Below, in pieces: positions 1 through 9,704 of a stretch of DNA of 35,127 nucleotides. The notes under the pieces are model-generated. The model saw only the letters and a program-made list of their open reading frames with translations, searched no databases and had not been told where the DNA came from. Numbering within the stretch: position 1 is the first letter of the stretch; every line of letters begins with the position of its first letter. The position numbers were made by a program, and so were the translations under genes. The DNA comes from Trichomonas gallinae (Eukaryota), in assembly GCA_008369845.1 (NCBI GenBank), contig MRSU01000062.1, positions 1 to 35,127 of the forward strand, given 5' to 3'.

Positions 1-357
1 GTATTAGCATCTAGGAGTTTGGAACGTTAGATGGAGCTGCAGGAGGCGTTTTTATCATGTCACTTTTAAAATTTTCCCAATAAGTGGAGTTCCCCCTCTT
101 TTACCTATTAAGAATATTTTCTCGAGATGGCATCTTATTCACAAAGATAATTTAAAACATGAATATTTTTCATTGATAATTATTATAACAACAATCATTG
201 AATTAGATTCAAACATCTATATATAAGAATGATGTTATTTCAATCAGATTCACCACTTTTTTTTTTGGATTTCAATAATAATTCTTTCAACAGCTATTCG
301 TTATATTAAAAGTTTGAAATATAACGAATAAGATAGTTTAGTATGAAAAACAAATAA

Positions 358-2202
358 TTAAATATCGCATTTTCCATCCTTGCAAGTGTCGACGAATGTC
401 TTGACTGGTTCGTCCTTCTTGACGTTTGTTTCAAGAACCTGGAAGTCTCTGCTTCCGTTTCTGTAGACTGTTAAGCCCTTGCAGCCATTCTTCCAGCCCT
501 CGATGAAGCCAGCTCTGACTTCCTCTTCTGTTGCCTCCTTTCTGAAGTTGATTGTCTTGGAGATCGCGTTGCAGCAGTGCTTCTGGACTCTTGACTGCAT
601 CAAGATGTGGTCCTCAGCCTTGATGTCGAGAGATGTGACGAAAACTCTTCTGATCTCTTCTGGGACTTCCTTGACGTTGGCGAGTGTGCCTGTCTCTAAG
701 ATCTTGTCCATGATCTCGTCTGTGAAGCATCCGCAGTCCTCGAGAGCCTTCTGCAAGTGCTTGTTGACGAATGGCTTCATTGCGCCAGCCAAGCAGTTGC
801 CTCTCCTGTAGGCGAGGGCAAAGTATGGCTCGACACCAGAAGAAACGTCCAAAAGCATGGATGTTGATCCTGTTGGAGCAACGTTTGTGAGGGAGGCGTT
901 TCTCATGTATGGCTCCTTGCCAACGTAGACGGACTTGTCGTAGTTCCTGAAGTTTCCTTTCTCCTTGCCGAGCTTCTTAGACTCATCGATGGCGGACTCC
1001 TGGATGCACTTCATGACCTCCTCAGCGCAGTCGCGGCCCTCTGGAGAGTCGTATGGGAGCTTCATCAAGAACAAGAGGTCAGCAAGACCCATGATGCCGA
1101 GGCCGATTCTTCTGTTGTTCTGGAACTGTGTCTGGACGCGCTCGACTGGAAATTCTGTGAGGTCGACGACGTCATCGAGCATTCTAACGGCAACACGTGT
1201 GACGTAGCTGAGGTGCTCGAAGTCGATCTTTCCGTCCTTGACGAACTTCTCGAGATTGATGGCGCCGAGGTTGCATGCATCGCCAGAGTGGAGGAATTGT
1301 TCGCCGCATGGGTTGCAGCACTGGATTGGGCCGAGTCCTGGAAGTGGGTTGGCCTTGTTGACTGTATCGATGAAGACGCAGCCTGGCTCACCGTTGTTCC
1401 ATGCGTTGTGGATGATCTCGTTCATGAGCTCTGGAGCTGAGATTGTAAGTGGTGTAATGCTTGTGATTCTGCCGGCGTAGTCACGTGTGATGTAGCGTGG
1501 GGCCATCTTCTCGCCTTCCCACTGGCACATCCATGGGGATGGATCGTTGGCGATGACCTTCTCCATGAATTCGTCTGTAAGGCAGACAGAGAAGTTGAAG
1601 TTTTCGAATGTTCCCTGCTGTTCCTTGGCGTGGATGAATTCAACGATATCTGGATGGTCAACACGCATGATGGCCATGTTAGCACCATGGCGGCCGTGCT
1701 GCTGAATGATTCTGAAGGCTTCGGCGTAGATCCTTAAGAATGAGATTGGGCCAGATGATGTGCCGAGCGTGCGCTTGCACTTGTAGCCAGCTGGTCTAAG
1801 GAGGTGGAATGGGAAACCGATGCCAGAACCACTCTGCTGAAGAAGAGCTGCATCCTTTAATGTCTGGAAGATGGAATCTAATGAATCATCCATATGTAAG
1901 ACGACGCAATTTGAGACGAGTGATGTAGGAGCACCAGCATTTGCCAATGTTCTGCCTGCTGGAATGAATTCAAAATTCATCATAACATTTTCGAACTCCT
2001 TTGCCCACTTTTCCTTATCAACTTCGTTAGAAGCGAGGTGCTTAGCAACACGTGCGAACATTTGTTCTGGTGTTTCATAAGTATTTTTATCCTGATCGTG
2101 AACTAAATATCTTGCCTTCATAACTTTCATGGCGTTCGATGTGAATGGTAATCTTGTCTTGATTCCTTCGAATTCGATTGGCTCAGCGAGCATGTTTGTC
2201 AT
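358..2202 (-). CDS. nrdJ: Class II (adenosylcobalamin-dependent) ribonucleotide reductase
   Basis: RNR motifs: FIPAGRTLANAG, SNCVV, CCNPCGEQ (thiyl-radical Cys), ACNLGAINL, RRIGLGIMG, APTGSTS, AISKTIN. The C-terminal GCKGLTVYRNGSR lacks the class I Tyr-Tyr pair, and there is a terminal CKDGKC Cys pair. Start moved from the track's TTG (2280) to the ATG at 2202, just downstream of an Inr TCACTT. Confidence 0.92.
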   Translation of the reverse strand: MTNMLAEPIEFEGIKTRLPFTSNAMKVMKARYLVHDQDKNTYETPEQMFARVAKHLASNEVDKEKWAKEFENVMMNFEFIPAGRTLANAGAPTSLVSNCVVLHMDDSLDSIFQTLKDAALLQQSGSGIGFPFHLLRPAGYKCKRTLGTSSGPISFLRIYAEAFRIIQQHGRHGANMAIMRVDHPDIVEFIHAKEQQGTFENFNFSVCLTDEFMEKVIANDPSPWMCQWEGEKMAPRYITRDYAGRITSITPLTISAPELMNEIIHNAWNNGEPGCVFIDTVNKANPLPGLGPIQCCNPCGEQFLHSGDACNLGAINLEKFVKDGKIDFEHLSYVTRVAVRMLDDVVDLTEFPVERVQTQFQNNRRIGLGIMGLADLLFLMKLPYDSPEGRDCAEEVMKCIQESAIDESKKLGKEKGNFRNYDKSVYVGKEPYMRNASLTNVAPTGSTSMLLDVSSGVEPYFALAYRRGNCLAGAMKPFVNKHLQKALEDCGCFTDEIMDKILETGTLANVKEVPEEIRRVFVTSLDIKAEDHILMQSRVQKHCCNAISKTINFRKEATEEEVRAGFIEGWKNGCKGLTVYRNGSRDFQVLETNVKKDEPVKTFVDTCKDGKCDI

Positions 2203-2208
2203 TGAATA

Positions 2209-2214
2209 AAGTGA
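2209..2214 (-). promoter_or_regulatory. Initiator element (TCACTT) of the RNR gene
   Basis: TCACTT lies 6 nt upstream of the ATG on the minus strand and matches the trichomonad Inr consensus TCA(+1)Y(T/A). Confidence 0.65.
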
Positions 2215-2226
2215 AGTTATCCTGAC

Positions 2227-2924
2227 TGCGCGCGCATTTGTTACAAAAAAGACCCGCACTCCTCTCAATTTTGCTTTCAAGAGTGCGCCAATTTTGCCCG
2301 CACTTTCGCTTTTATAGAGTTTCTTATCACATAGCTATATATACTCTAATACAGATTTCTTATTATTAAAGTAAATTCATTCTTATAAATTTTAATCAAA
2401 ATTATGCGCGCACTTTTTTATATATTAAATTTATGTATTATTATTATTGTATAATAATTTATATAACATGTAAATTTTTTTATATACAATCTGACAAATT
2501 TAATTTAAATTTTGAATTCAATGCATTTTTGATTTATATAATTGATATATGATAATAATATGATTTTTGAAATGAAAAATTGAAATACAAAATAAAGTGT
2601 AAATATATGCTTATCTATGTATATAAGATTGATATTCCATTAAAAATCGCAAAATTATGGCGAACTAAATAAAAACATCTGAAAATGTGATTTCTATCTG
2701 ATATATAGAGTTCCAATGTTATTTATATCAAAATTAAAACAAATTAGAAAAATTTACCAAGGAATTAATCGTTTTTATCTCCAAATTCGCGCAAAATGCC
2801 TGAAATATCTATAAATCTCATGAAAATCCAAAAATATCAAAGACAATACGAGAAGTTCTAATAATTTTAAACGATAATTTTTGAAAATTGAGAGAAAAAA
2901 TGTTTTGGCGCCAAATGGCGCCAA
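2227..2924. promoter_or_regulatory. Cluster of GC-core E2F-like sites upstream of RNR
   Basis: TGCGCGCGCA (2227-2236), GTGCGCCAA (about 2283-2291), TGCGCGCA (2405-2412), AAATTCGCGCAAAA (2783-2796), TTTTGGCGCCAAA (2903-2915) and TGGCGCCAA (2916-2924), all in otherwise very AT-rich DNA. Confidence 0.4.
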
Positions 2925-3527
2925 TAATCACTATGGCCATCATAAGATTCACTTATATAGCAATATTATGATGTAACAGTGGGTAATTCGTGAAAATAAT
3001 GTTTTGATGTTCCTTATTTGATTATCACAGAAGAGTATTGCCAATTTTAGCTATACATCACTCAATATCTACTTGTAGTCAATCAATTTGCTATAGTTTT
3101 AAGTGAATATAATATATATCTTCATAAATATTTCTTATGATATCCAATAGTTGGGTCCTTGTGAGAAAAGAATTGAAGACTAACATATATTCTCTCATTA
3201 TATATACATATTACATATGTCATAAGGATTTATAGATGAAAAATGAAGAAATGATATATCCATTAGTAGATAGAGATTTAAGATTTAATTTATGCATGAA
3301 TCTAGTATATTTTTCGAAGTAAGTATTACTCACTTATCAAAATCATTATATCTATCTTTTCAAATCATCACTATTCATGTAATTCAATTTAGATGGATAG
3401 CAATGTCATCATGAATTAATTGTCATACATAATGGTGATATGAATAGATAAAACCGTACTTTACTGAAAAATAATAAACAAGTTTATTATATTCATGAAA
3501 TTGAAATAAATAAACATGATGTATTGC

Positions 3528-4280
3528 TTAATAAACATTTTGGTAACTATCATGCTGGTTATTAAGACCAGATGAAGACATTTGTGCTGCACTATTAAAA
3601 TCTATTGTATCTGTATAAACTGGCTGTGGCAATGGCTTTGGTTTTTGTCTTCTTTTCCTTTGCGGAGCTCCAGTGAAGTCATCTGGTATCATTCCTCCAT
3701 ACAATTCATCAGCGAAGTCTGAATGCTTCTTGCAAGTCAAGAGTAAAATTATAACAACGCAAATAAGTAATAGCATAGCAGATAAAGGTGAAATTATAAA
3801 GAGATATAAATTATTTTGGTAAAATTTCATAAAAATCAGCTTGCAATCATTATCACTGCCATTTCCAAATCCTGAACAGCCGTCGTAATTCTCTATTTGT
3901 TGAATCGTTGTATTATCAAATCTGTTCCAATACTTATTAATGGTTTTGAGATAGAGTTTTTCATTTAGTAATAATGTAGATGCTATAATATGTGCAATGA
4001 TGCCTATTATGAAGATAGATGCTAAGCAATTTAGCATCCAACGAACAACAGTTCGAATAAGTGGGAAGGTTAACAGCAACAAGATGCCAAATATAGCAGC
4101 TGCTGCCAAAAAGCCACGACTAATTGATAATAATGACTTTCCTGAATTTGCAATTCCATAATTCGAAACAATTTGAGCAGATAAATATCTGAGATACGCT
4201 GTAAAGCCTGTTAAGCTTCCCATGCCTATGATGCTTGATAATCCAAACAAAGGCCAGCGGAATTTATACGGAATTTTCAT
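3528..4280 (-). CDS. Tetraspanin-like four-TM protein with long C-terminal tail
   Basis: Four hydrophobic segments, three N-terminal and one after a large loop. The loop carries QQIENYDGCSGF...DC, resembling the tetraspanin EC2 CCG region. The cytosolic tail has YxxPhi-like motifs (YGGM, YQNV). Confidence 0.65.
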   Translation of the reverse strand: MKIPYKFRWPLFGLSSIIGMGSLTGFTAYLRYLSAQIVSNYGIANSGKSLLSISRGFLAAAAIFGILLLLTFPLIRTVVRWMLNCLASIFIIGIIAHIIASTLLLNEKLYLKTINKYWNRFDNTTIQQIENYDGCSGFGNGSDNDCKLIFMKFYQNNLYLFIISPLSAMLLLICVVIILLLTCKKHSDFADELYGGMIPDDFTGAPQRKRRQKPKPLPQPVYTDTIDFNSAAQMSSSGLNNQHDSYQNVY

Positions 4281-4847
4281 CTTTGACAGAAATTATCGGG
4301 AAGGTTTTCGGTTTTTCTTTGAAATTTAGTATTGGATAACCTACAAATAACAAAATCAGCTTCAAATTTCATTCATGTAAAATTTTTGTAAGGTTAATTC
4401 TGTTTTATAAGAAAAATTTCATATATTTATGAAATATAAACTCCACAAAAAGTCAATATGATTTTGCTATTTATTGCATTATGTAATGATAAATTGGGGC
4501 TTGTAACATTGATACAATTGATTTTATCCGATAATATCAGCAATAATACTAAAATATATTATAATTTTCGATATATTATTTTGCAAATTTTATATAAAAT
4601 TGAAAAGCAAACGCTAGAATATAAAATATGTTAGTAGAGATATAATTCATGAATTTAATAATGATCACAGAAATTAAATAAGTTTTTTGATGAAAATATC
4701 AGATCATAATCGATGATTTAATGGACGAATATGATGAAACTCTACGTAAATCATGTTGTTTTCATGTTATATATGCTCATGATATAGATTATTCAACTGG
4801 AGAAAATGAATGAACGTATAACAAAATGACACTTTTCGAAATAGCAA

Positions 4848-6320
4848 ATGTTGGTTTCTTGTGCAAATGGCAAGTTTACTCGACTGGCCAATGTTATTGT
4901 TGATGGTATAAAAATCGATTTCAACAAGCAAGAAACGGCATTAGAGCTCTTTTCGAGAAATAATATTCAAATTCCGCATAAATGTCAAGGTGCAGGCGAT
5001 TGTGGATTGTGCAAAATCCTAGTAAATGGAAAAGTAAGATCAGCATGTGATACAACAGTAACAGATGGAATGATTATTAGTACAAAAGATTCGAAAATTA
5101 AACAACGAATAGAAAATAAAGTACGAATGATGTCAGTATTCGACAAAGATGTAGAAAAAGCATATCAAACTATTAAAAATCCAAAAATGAAACAAAATTA
5201 CATCGACAAAACAACAGGCTCAATTCAGCTCGATCACAAGAAATGCATCGACTGCATGAAGTGTGTCAATGTCTGCCCTACGCATGCATTAATAAAATCT
5301 AATGATAATCTACAGACGTTCGGATATTTCGGTTTGAAGTATGCCGGATGTGTAGGCTGCGGAAAATGTTTATCAGTATGTCCTACAGCAGCTTTATCAG
5401 TTACTGATAACATCCCGTTGTTTAAGTCAGCCGTAAAGATTAAGAATAATATGAAGGTTGCTGTGTTAGATTTATCTATCATGGAAAATATCGAGAAAGA
5501 ATTGGGCGCTGAAATGAATTTAGAAAAATTGTTGATTTTGCTTGGAAACATGGGCTTCGATTATTTGTTGGATTCATCTTTGATATCTGACTACAGGATT
5601 ATTAAAGATGCCTCAAAGATTATTAATCATCACACATATTTCTATCAGAGAACATTTGGAACATTTTGCCCAACATTCGAAAGAAAATACATCGAATATG
5701 TTTTGACGCCAGAAAAGAAAATTGTTGAATATTTGACTAACCCTGGTCTTGATATTACAACATTTGTTGTCACTGATTTCTTATCTAAGCGCTCAGAGGC
5801 GACATTCTTTATTGATAAATTGTATTTCTCTGTCGGAGTTTCCACAAATGAGTTTCTTAAAATCATCAAAGATGAAAAGCCTTCATTAACTGGAAATCCA
5901 TGCAAAATGTTCCCTCTTGGATCTCAGCAAGCTGCTGAAGCAACTACATCAGAGAAATTCTCAAATGCCGTAATTTCAACATTTGTCAAAAACTTTACCA
6001 CAGCGAAGCCGCCGAATTTGGTTTATCGACAAGTTGATGATGGAATCAAAGTCGCAGAGTTTCACATTGGTGAGAATACAACAGCACAAGCTGCAATTGT
6101 TGAAACAACTGCTGATGTTGAAAGACTTTTGAATATGAAATTACCCAATCTTATCTACATATCTCCGAATGAAAAAGTTAACCTGCAAAAGTTTGATTAT
6201 CATAGAATTCAACGCGATTATAAATTGGCTGCTGAAAATCCTTCTGCAAAGAAATTGTGGTCAAAATATCTTGAAGAAGTTGACCATGAGCTTGCAATGA
6301 AGAGAAAATGTACTGTTTGA
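4848..6320 (+). CDS. [FeFe]-hydrogenase-like Fe-S protein with degenerate H-cluster site
   Basis: [2Fe-2S] motif C46-x5-C52-x2-C55...C67; two [4Fe-4S] motifs (CIDCMKCVNVCP, CVGCGKCLSVCP); an H-domain-like remainder (GFDYLLDSS, GTFCP, SKRSE) and a C-terminal ENPSAKKLW small-subunit-like motif. The ML...R N-terminus resembles a hydrogenosomal presequence. Confidence 0.8.
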   Translation: MLVSCANGKFTRLANVIVDGIKIDFNKQETALELFSRNNIQIPHKCQGAGDCGLCKILVNGKVRSACDTTVTDGMIISTKDSKIKQRIENKVRMMSVFDKDVEKAYQTIKNPKMKQNYIDKTTGSIQLDHKKCIDCMKCVNVCPTHALIKSNDNLQTFGYFGLKYAGCVGCGKCLSVCPTAALSVTDNIPLFKSAVKIKNNMKVAVLDLSIMENIEKELGAEMNLEKLLILLGNMGFDYLLDSSLISDYRIIKDASKIINHHTYFYQRTFGTFCPTFERKYIEYVLTPEKKIVEYLTNPGLDITTFVVTDFLSKRSEATFFIDKLYFSVGVSTNEFLKIIKDEKPSLTGNPCKMFPLGSQQAAEATTSEKFSNAVISTFVKNFTTAKPPNLVYRQVDDGIKVAEFHIGENTTAQAAIVETTADVERLLNMKLPNLIYISPNEKVNLQKFDYHRIQRDYKLAAENPSAKKLWSKYLEEVDHELAMKRKCTV

Positions 6321-6564
6321 AATTAATTAAACCATGAATATTTTGATATTTATTCCGTTTTCATCATTTATTTTATTGAAGAATTTTTAATATTATCGAT
6401 TAATATTTATATGTGAAATTTTTTGGTGAATACAATTATGATTTGTAAGAATTATTGGCTTGTTATACTATCAGAGATTGTATTAGAATCATTTTGACAA
6501 TATATGTTTTACGTGTCAAATTATTTTTCCCGTTTAAACGCCGTACGATTATTTTTGTAAACGG

Positions 6565-6792
6565 ATGAGTGAAGAGGAATACACGTATTCAGACGGGGAA
6601 CCAGAATCCCACGAGAAACTTCTCGCGGAAAATAGAAAACTTAGAGAACAAATTAAAAGCCTTAAAATGATGGAAGATGCAGTTGAATATGATCAATCAT
6701 TAAAAGTTGTTGGAAAAGGAGCTAAAAGATTTAAAGCTGAACTTCAGGAATTGAATAACAAATTACAGCAACTCGAAAAACAAAAGAAATGA
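6565..6792 (+). CDS. Small coiled-coil hypothetical protein (75 aa)
   Basis: ATG start, acidic N-terminus (MSEEEYTYSDGE) and heptad-like helices, flanked by AT-rich spacers. Confidence 0.65.
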   Translation: MSEEEYTYSDGEPESHEKLLAENRKLREQIKSLKMMEDAVEYDQSLKVVGKGAKRFKAELQELNNKLQQLEKQKK

Positions 6793-7382
6793 AAATGAAA
6801 ATTCTATTTTATGTTTTTGTATTAACAAAATCAACTTTTATATATACTTGTATGTATCCAGAAACAGTATATTTGTAATTTAAACTTTACCATTAATAAG
6901 TAATTTTTTATCGAATCAAAATAGAGAAATATAAACTATAATAGCAAATATTATTTGGAGCAAACAAAATATAATATAATTTTTAGGTTCATAAAGTTTG
7001 AAGATGAGTTTGAATTTGGATATTAAATTTGATTTATAAAAAACAATGAATTTGGGAAATAATTCGAAGGAATTGATTTCTTATATGTATATGAGTGTGA
7101 ATAATGAAAGATAAGCAGAGTGCATGACAAAAATTTTCATTAAATCTAAATAATCCGTTTTGGCGTTTGTAAAGCGAACATTTTAGTTAGATTACGAATG
7201 TCTAATATATTTATGAATAAACCAATGGAAGAAAATCAACTGATTTTTCTCTACAAAAAAATTTTAAACGTTCATCATCATTGGTTTGTTTTTAAAAATT
7301 TTTGAAAATGTGCTACTTAAGGTGAATACATCATATATTTATGAGTTTTTTGAATTTTTATTTCTGAAATAAAAATAAAAAA

Positions 7383-8312
7383 ATGTCGGAGGAGCTCCAA
7401 GAGGTCAACATGTCGTACGTCTTGGCTTGGCACCCATACTCGCGTGCCAATGACCTTCCAGAGGCTTTCGGACAGTTTGCTAAGGAGCTCGAAGTCGTCG
7501 CTAGGTCCAGAGGTGGTGTTGCCGCGGTCGATCTTTTTACAGGAAGAGGCCTTCAAAACGGCTCTCATATTGCAAAGACTATTCTCCAATCCGTTGTATT
7601 TGGCGTCACTGATGTTTACGATTTATGCCTCCAACAGGCTGACGAAATCGAAAAATGCTGCATCATCGAAGAGCATGATATGATTGCTAACGTTAAGGGA
7701 TTGGAGCAAGGTGAGCGTGTTCCAATCCATTTTGGTCCAATTCCTGAACTCTTCGACTCTCTCTGCGAATATCTCTGCTGCAACATCCTTCGTCGCGTAT
7801 TAGAGATGTGGATGGCTGTTACATACGTCAAGGCAGCCCAGAAAGTCGTTGACGGCGATATAAACGCCACTGTTTCAGAAGAAAAAATGGTCAAATTCTT
7901 AACATATATCGCTACAGAGTTATCGGAGCCACCGCTTGTTGTCGACGATGACCTCCTTGAGTGGATCAAGAACGCTGCCAAAGATTCCATCAAAGACCTC
8001 GAATCCAAATTCGAGATGTTCAAGAAGGAACCAGAGCATCGTATTGACGATTTCATCTTTTTGATCAACTGGTCAATGTTTTTCATCAACTTATACAACG
8101 ATATTCTTGTTATTTCTGAAATTATTTACACATCTTACGGCAGCAGCAAGTCTTGGGATCAGTCACCGCTTTTACTCCCAATTGTTATGATGAGTGCCGG
8201 CGCTGTTTCCCTTCAACGCACAATTATGAACGTTTTCAAGGTTTGCATCCCAGAAAATGCACCAAAGATGCGTGCCCACCAGCGTCTCATGCAAAAGTTA
8301 TTCCCAGCTTAA
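7383..8312 (+). CDS. Hypothetical helical protein (309 aa)
   Basis: Long ORF with an A-rich start context and coding-like GC content that contrasts with the flanks. No family recognised. Confidence 0.8.
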   Translation: MSEELQEVNMSYVLAWHPYSRANDLPEAFGQFAKELEVVARSRGGVAAVDLFTGRGLQNGSHIAKTILQSVVFGVTDVYDLCLQQADEIEKCCIIEEHDMIANVKGLEQGERVPIHFGPIPELFDSLCEYLCCNILRRVLEMWMAVTYVKAAQKVVDGDINATVSEEKMVKFLTYIATELSEPPLVVDDDLLEWIKNAAKDSIKDLESKFEMFKKEPEHRIDDFIFLINWSMFFINLYNDILVISEIIYTSYGSSKSWDQSPLLLPIVMMSAGAVSLQRTIMNVFKVCIPENAPKMRAHQRLMQKLFPA

Positions 8313-8544
8313 ATTATATAATTATCGAAGCAAAAAATACCTAAATTTTTTATTATTTGTTGGAAATCGAACTATATTCTACCATTGAACTAAATGCTTC
8401 TTATCTTATTAAATTTTTCTTCTACTCGCAACTTATCTCGAATTTTTATAAAATATCAAAAAAAAATATATCAAAATGAAAAATCTTGAACACAGTGAAA
8501 TCTTTTGTTCAGTGAAAGGGATTTAAAATACAAAATAAAAAGAC

Positions 8545-9168
8545 TTAAGCTAAGGCTGCATCCATTACTCTCTTTTGGCGTGTTGGTTGTGGCTGTGGTT
8601 CCTCTTCTACTGGTTCCTCTTCTCTCTGCTTTGACTTTGCTGACTGCTTTTCTTCATATTCATCGAGCTCGTTCCATAATTTCTCGAATTCTTGTTCAGC
8701 TTCGGCATCAGCAGTTGGATCGAGGCTCTGACCAAGAAGTGAGGCAACCTCATCCATTTTCTCCTTTTGTTCGGCGAATTCATCCATGAGATTCTCAACC
8801 ATTTCAGGAGTAAGTTGTTCGTTCATTGCCTTAAGTACGGAGTTGGTCTGCTCCATGCTATCGTAGAATTCGCGTGTCATTCGAGCTTGTTCAAGGTTAT
8901 TAAGCTGCTCTTGAAGATTTAATAACATTTTGTCAGCCTTTTCGATCATTACTTCTCTTGCTTTCTTTGCTTTGATGACCATTCTTGCCTTATCCTTCTT
9001 TCCTTCTTTAGCCAAACGAACAGCAAGCTTAATTTCTCTTTGATTATCCTCTTCTAAGCGAGATTGATATTTTTTAACTCTATCTCTATTGACTTTAAGT
9101 TGTAAAACTGCTTTATCATACTCATCATCATTTTGAGTTGTTTTCTGGGCAGAACTCCAACAACCCAT
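8545..9168 (-). CDS. VPS20: ESCRT-III Snf7-family protein, Vps20/CHMP6-like
   Basis: N-terminal MGCWSS (myristoylation Gly2, possible palmitoylation Cys3); DKAVLQLKVNRDRVKKYQ and EGKKDKARMVIKAKK match the Vps20 basic helices; acidic C-terminal half. Confidence 0.85.
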   Translation of the reverse strand: MGCWSSAQKTTQNDDEYDKAVLQLKVNRDRVKKYQSRLEEDNQREIKLAVRLAKEGKKDKARMVIKAKKAREVMIEKADKMLLNLQEQLNNLEQARMTREFYDSMEQTNSVLKAMNEQLTPEMVENLMDEFAEQKEKMDEVASLLGQSLDPTADAEAEQEFEKLWNELDEYEEKQSAKSKQREEEPVEEEPQPQPTRQKRVMDAALA

Positions 9169-9175
9169 TTTCGAA

Positions 9176-9700
9176 AAATGATTTTTTTGTCAATTTACGC
9201 GTCAAAATTTTCAATATTTGGCGTGTAAATTGACAAAATTTTGCAAAAATATTGTTCTAATTTTATCAAACCTTATTATCCTCTTCTATAAACGAATGAT
9301 GTTTTTTCACTCTATCTATATTAACTTTATGTATGTCCATATTGATTTTATTTACTACATTAGTTCCATTCTAATCACTCACTCTAGGAAACATTCAAAA
9401 ATATCCTGGTGAATTTTTTACTCTTCGTTTGCAAATAAATGATTTTTTTTTGTCAATTTACATGTCAGAATTGACGAAATTTTGCAAAATTCGCCATCTA
9501 TAAGAGAATGATGCTTTTTAACTCTATTTATATTGATTTTATGTAAATGTGCCTTCATGTTTATATGTTAGATTAGATTTTTTAACTTTCCTACATATTC
9601 CATGTTAATTTTTGGGCAAATAATATTTTTGTCAGTTTACATGTCAAAATTGACATATTTACAAAATTCCACTTCTAATTTTTGTCACACCCTGTTATAA
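9176..9700. repeat. Three diverged tandem copies in the divergent VPS20/TRRAP promoter
   Basis: TTTTGTCAATTTAC(A/G)(T/C)GTCA...ATTGAC...TTTGCAAAA recurs at about 9176, 9437 and 9626. Copies 1 and 2 also share CTATAA..GAATGATG.TTTT.ACTCTAT.TATATT. Confidence 0.7.
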
Positions 9701-9704
9701 CTTA

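Noticed and set aside
1..133. Minus-strand AAAGTGAC-ATG followed by MIKTPPAAPSNVPNS*
   Set aside because: It stops after 15 codons and runs off the window. A pseudogene or TAG readthrough cannot be supported from this fragment.
479..2080. Multiple + strand and off-frame ORFs overlapping the RNR gene
   Set aside because: These are shadow ORFs produced by strong codon bias on the real strand; no recognisable motifs.
8100..8260. VPS9-like look of SWDQSPLLLPIVMMSAG in the 309-aa protein
   Set aside because: The similarity to GADD.LP is too weak without a profile search.
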